DNA from: Candidatus Hodarchaeota archaeon
Lineage (GTDB): Archaea; Asgardarchaeota; Lokiarchaeia; Sigyniarchaeales; SOKP01
Length of the DNA: 64,000 nt
Reading direction: 5' to 3'
NCBI GenBank assembly: GCA_048886685.1
Contig: JBHLKM010000004.1
Location: 50,486 to 114,485 of the forward strand
The first letter of the stretch is position 1, and each line of letters starts with the position of its first letter. Below, piece after piece: positions 61,392-64,000 of this stretch. The notes below the pieces were generated by a model. It was not told where the DNA came from. It saw only the letters and a program-made list of their open reading frames with translations, and made no database searches. A program made the translations under genes and the position numbers.

Positions 61392-61549
61392 AATAATATT
61401 CATTAACTTTTTTTTTTATTTTTTCTTGTATTTTTTATCTTTGATAAGTATTTTACATGTTTGTTATAGATCTATGAAAATTTTAAAAGGAATTACAATT
61501 ATAAATTTGCATATATACCTTTTTTAATTAATTACCCTTCGAATTAAAA

Positions 61550-63700
61550 ATGGCTACTAACGATATCTCGTTTTTATTCAATCCTAAAAGTATTGCTGTT
61601 ATTGGAGCAAGTGATACTAAGGGTAAAGTAGGAAATACAGTTCTAAACAACATAATAAACTCAGGTTATAAAGGAAAAATTTTCCCTATAAATCCTAGAG
61701 CAGAGAAAATATATGAAATCTCTTGCTTCAAGAGCGTCTTGGATGTGAAAGATGATATTGATATAGCAATTTTTGTTATCCCAGGTAAATTTGTTAATAA
61801 AGCAGCAGAAGAGTGTGGGAAAAAAAAAGTAAAAGGTTTAATTGTTATCTCAGCAGGTTTTAAAGAAATTGGTGGAGAAGGCGTAGAGAGGGAAGAAGAA
61901 CTTATCAAAATTGGAAAAAAATATAACATGAGAATCTTAGGACCAAATTGTTTAGGGCTTATTGGGCTTAATTATAATGGTTCTTTTGCCGCTGAAACCC
62001 CTAAAAAAGGTGGAATTGCTATGATATCTCAATCAGGTGCTATGTTAACGGGAATGATGGATTATTCAATGACACAAGCATTCGGATTCTCTTGTAACAT
62101 TAGTCTTGGGAATAAAGCAGATTTAGGCGCAGTTGATTTCATTGAATATTTAGCTGAAGATGAAAATACAAGAGTTATTTTATGTTATTTAGAAAGTATT
62201 AAAGATGGGGATAGGTTCCTTGAAGTTTTACCAAAAGCTACAAGAAAAAAACCAATTGTTATTTTAAAATCAGGTGTAAGCGAAGCAGGTGCAAGAGCGG
62301 CATCCAGCCATACTGGAGCTTTGGCGGGTGCAGATATTTCCTACGATTTAGCATTTGATAAATGTGGTGTTATTAGAGCTAAAACTATAGAAGACTTATT
62401 TGATTATGGTGAAGTTTTCTTATATCAACCCATCCCAAAAGAAAATTCATTTGCAATTGTAACAAACGCAGGAGGTCCTGGTATTGTTGCCACTGATGCA
62501 TTTGAGCTAGAAGGTCTAAAATTTGCAGGATTTTCAGAACGGATTCTTCACGCATTAAGAGGGAATTTACCTTTAGAAGCATCAATATTTAATCCAATAG
62601 ACATTGTTGGAGATGCTACACCTGAGAGATATAAATTTACTTTAAATACAATTTTTGGTTTAAATGGTAAAGCAGAATCCAACAACATTACTACAGAAGG
62701 AGCACTCGTTATTGTAACTCCCCAAGCTCAGACTAATCCGTCTGAAGTCGCTCGAATTATTCATGACATCTCATCCAATCATTTAACTGGAAAACCAATA
62801 GTATGCTCCTTCATAGGAGGCAAAAATATTTCAGAGGGAAGAGAATATTTAAAACAAAACCATATCCCGTGTTATCACTTCCCAGATCGAGCAGCTCATT
62901 CGTTAAAAACACTTGTAAAACGAACTGAGTACTTAAGAAGTATTCCTTTAGATGAATTAGAAATTCCTACGTTTAAGGTAAAAAAAGGAAGAGTTAAAGA
63001 AATTTTTTCTAAGGTTAGAGAAAACGGGAGAACTGTTTTATTAAGTTATGAAACAAGCGAAGTTTTTGATTGCTATGGGATAAAATCTCCTAAATCTCGA
63101 TTAGCTCAAACTCCCAAACAAGCAATGAATTTACAGTCTGAAATTGGGAAATCTGTTATGAAGATTGTTAGCCCAAATATTATACATAAAACTGATGTGG
63201 GAGGAATTCTGTTAAATATTGAGACGGAACAAGACGCTTTTGAGGCTTATATACAAATCGTGAATAACGCGAAGAAATTTGGCCCACAAAATGCAAAAAT
63301 CTATGGTGTAGAAGTGCAAGAAATGATTAACTTTAAAACTGAGCCGAAAGTAAATGAAATTATCATAGGAATGTCTAAAGATCCTCAATTTGGACCACTT
63401 TTGATGTTTGGAACAGGAGGAATTTATGCTAATTTCATGCAAGATGTAGCATTTGCTTTATCTTATAAATTTACTAAAGAAAATGCAAAAAAATTGATAG
63501 AAAGCACAAAAATTTACAATCTGCTACACGGTGTTAGAGGAGAATCGCCATCTGATATTGAAGCTGTTATCAACGTTCTTTTAAGACTTTCTCAATTAGT
63601 TAATGATTTTCCAGAAATTGTAGAATTAGATATTAATCCTCTTTTAACTTTTGTTAAAGGATATACAGCAGTAGATATAAAAATAACAATTAAAAGATGA
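61550..63700 (+). CDS. ADP-forming acetate/acyl-CoA ligase (alpha-beta fusion)
   Basis: IAVIGAS, GPNCLG, SQSG, SHTGALAG, NAGGPG, HKTDVGG, DINPL. Confidence 0.93.
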   Translation: MATNDISFLFNPKSIAVIGASDTKGKVGNTVLNNIINSGYKGKIFPINPRAEKIYEISCFKSVLDVKDDIDIAIFVIPGKFVNKAAEECGKKKVKGLIVISAGFKEIGGEGVEREEELIKIGKKYNMRILGPNCLGLIGLNYNGSFAAETPKKGGIAMISQSGAMLTGMMDYSMTQAFGFSCNISLGNKADLGAVDFIEYLAEDENTRVILCYLESIKDGDRFLEVLPKATRKKPIVILKSGVSEAGARAASSHTGALAGADISYDLAFDKCGVIRAKTIEDLFDYGEVFLYQPIPKENSFAIVTNAGGPGIVATDAFELEGLKFAGFSERILHALRGNLPLEASIFNPIDIVGDATPERYKFTLNTIFGLNGKAESNNITTEGALVIVTPQAQTNPSEVARIIHDISSNHLTGKPIVCSFIGGKNISEGREYLKQNHIPCYHFPDRAAHSLKTLVKRTEYLRSIPLDELEIPTFKVKKGRVKEIFSKVRENGRTVLLSYETSEVFDCYGIKSPKSRLAQTPKQAMNLQSEIGKSVMKIVSPNIIHKTDVGGILLNIETEQDAFEAYIQIVNNAKKFGPQNAKIYGVEVQEMINFKTEPKVNEIIIGMSKDPQFGPLLMFGTGGIYANFMQDVAFALSYKFTKENAKKLIESTKIYNLLHGVRGESPSDIEAVINVLLRLSQLVNDFPEIVELDINPLLTFVKGYTAVDIKITIKR

Positions 63701-63753
63701 GATATATAAATTAAATATATTAAAATTCAAATAAATAAGAAAAGGAAAAAAAA

Positions 63754-64000
63754 ATGGTAAAAGCTTTTTATTTGTGTTCATTCAGAGAACGTGCAGGTAA
63801 AAGTTTTCTCTCAATTGGATTAATTCAGAAATTGAAAAAAGAAGGAAAGAAATTTGCTTATTTTAAACCAATAGGAATACCAAAGGCAGTATTTACTAAT
63901 AAAGCAGATCCAGATGTAGGTTTTATTTTAAATACCGTATATAAAACTGACCACCCCTATGATCACATTTCTCCAGTGTCGATTCCAGATGCATATTATG
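63754..64000 (+). CDS. 3'-truncated BioD-like / phosphotransacetylase N-terminal family protein
   Basis: MVKAFYLCSFRERAGKSFLSIGL..FAYFKPIG; frame open to the window end. Confidence 0.75.
   Translation, partial: MVKAFYLCSFRERAGKSFLSIGLIQKLKKEGKKFAYFKPIGIPKAVFTNKADPDVGFILNTVYKTDHPYDHISPVSIPDAYY

Overview
Low-GC (roughly 30%, by eye), gene-dense archaeal chromosome segment with no mobile elements or CRISPR. It is most consistent with an Asgard archaeon of Lokiarchaeia/Promethearchaeia type. Evidence for this: a longin-like eukaryotic-signature domain, a vWA-Zn-finger protein, a split Vhu hydrogenase with a selenoprotein VhuU and a eukaryote-like SECIS candidate, FwdA, Fae, HdrABC, and a multi-PAS kinase. 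Main modules are korAB; a two-gene operon of an unknown 428-aa enzyme plus a DapA-family aldolase fused to formaldehyde-activating enzyme; a redox/thiol cluster; hdrCBA; a sulfur-relay cluster (ThiI-like, TusA, MoeB/E1, DsrE, ubiquitin-like carrier) ending at an unusual long-variable-arm tRNA-Cys(GCA); fwdA; two convergent purF paralogs (one lacking the catalytic Cys, behind hisF-hisH); hypF/D/E/C with vhuG-vhuA-vhuU(Sec)-hdrC-hdrB; an ABC-2 exporter; and an ADP-forming acyl-CoA synthetase. Features the ORF track missed: VhuU (51626..51775, in-frame TGA), the tRNA (28770..28851), a 52-aa ORF with a perfect Shine-Dalgarno and structured leader (34220..34378, minus strand), and the open 5' and 3' edge genes. 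All calls come from reading motifs by eye; no database searches were run.
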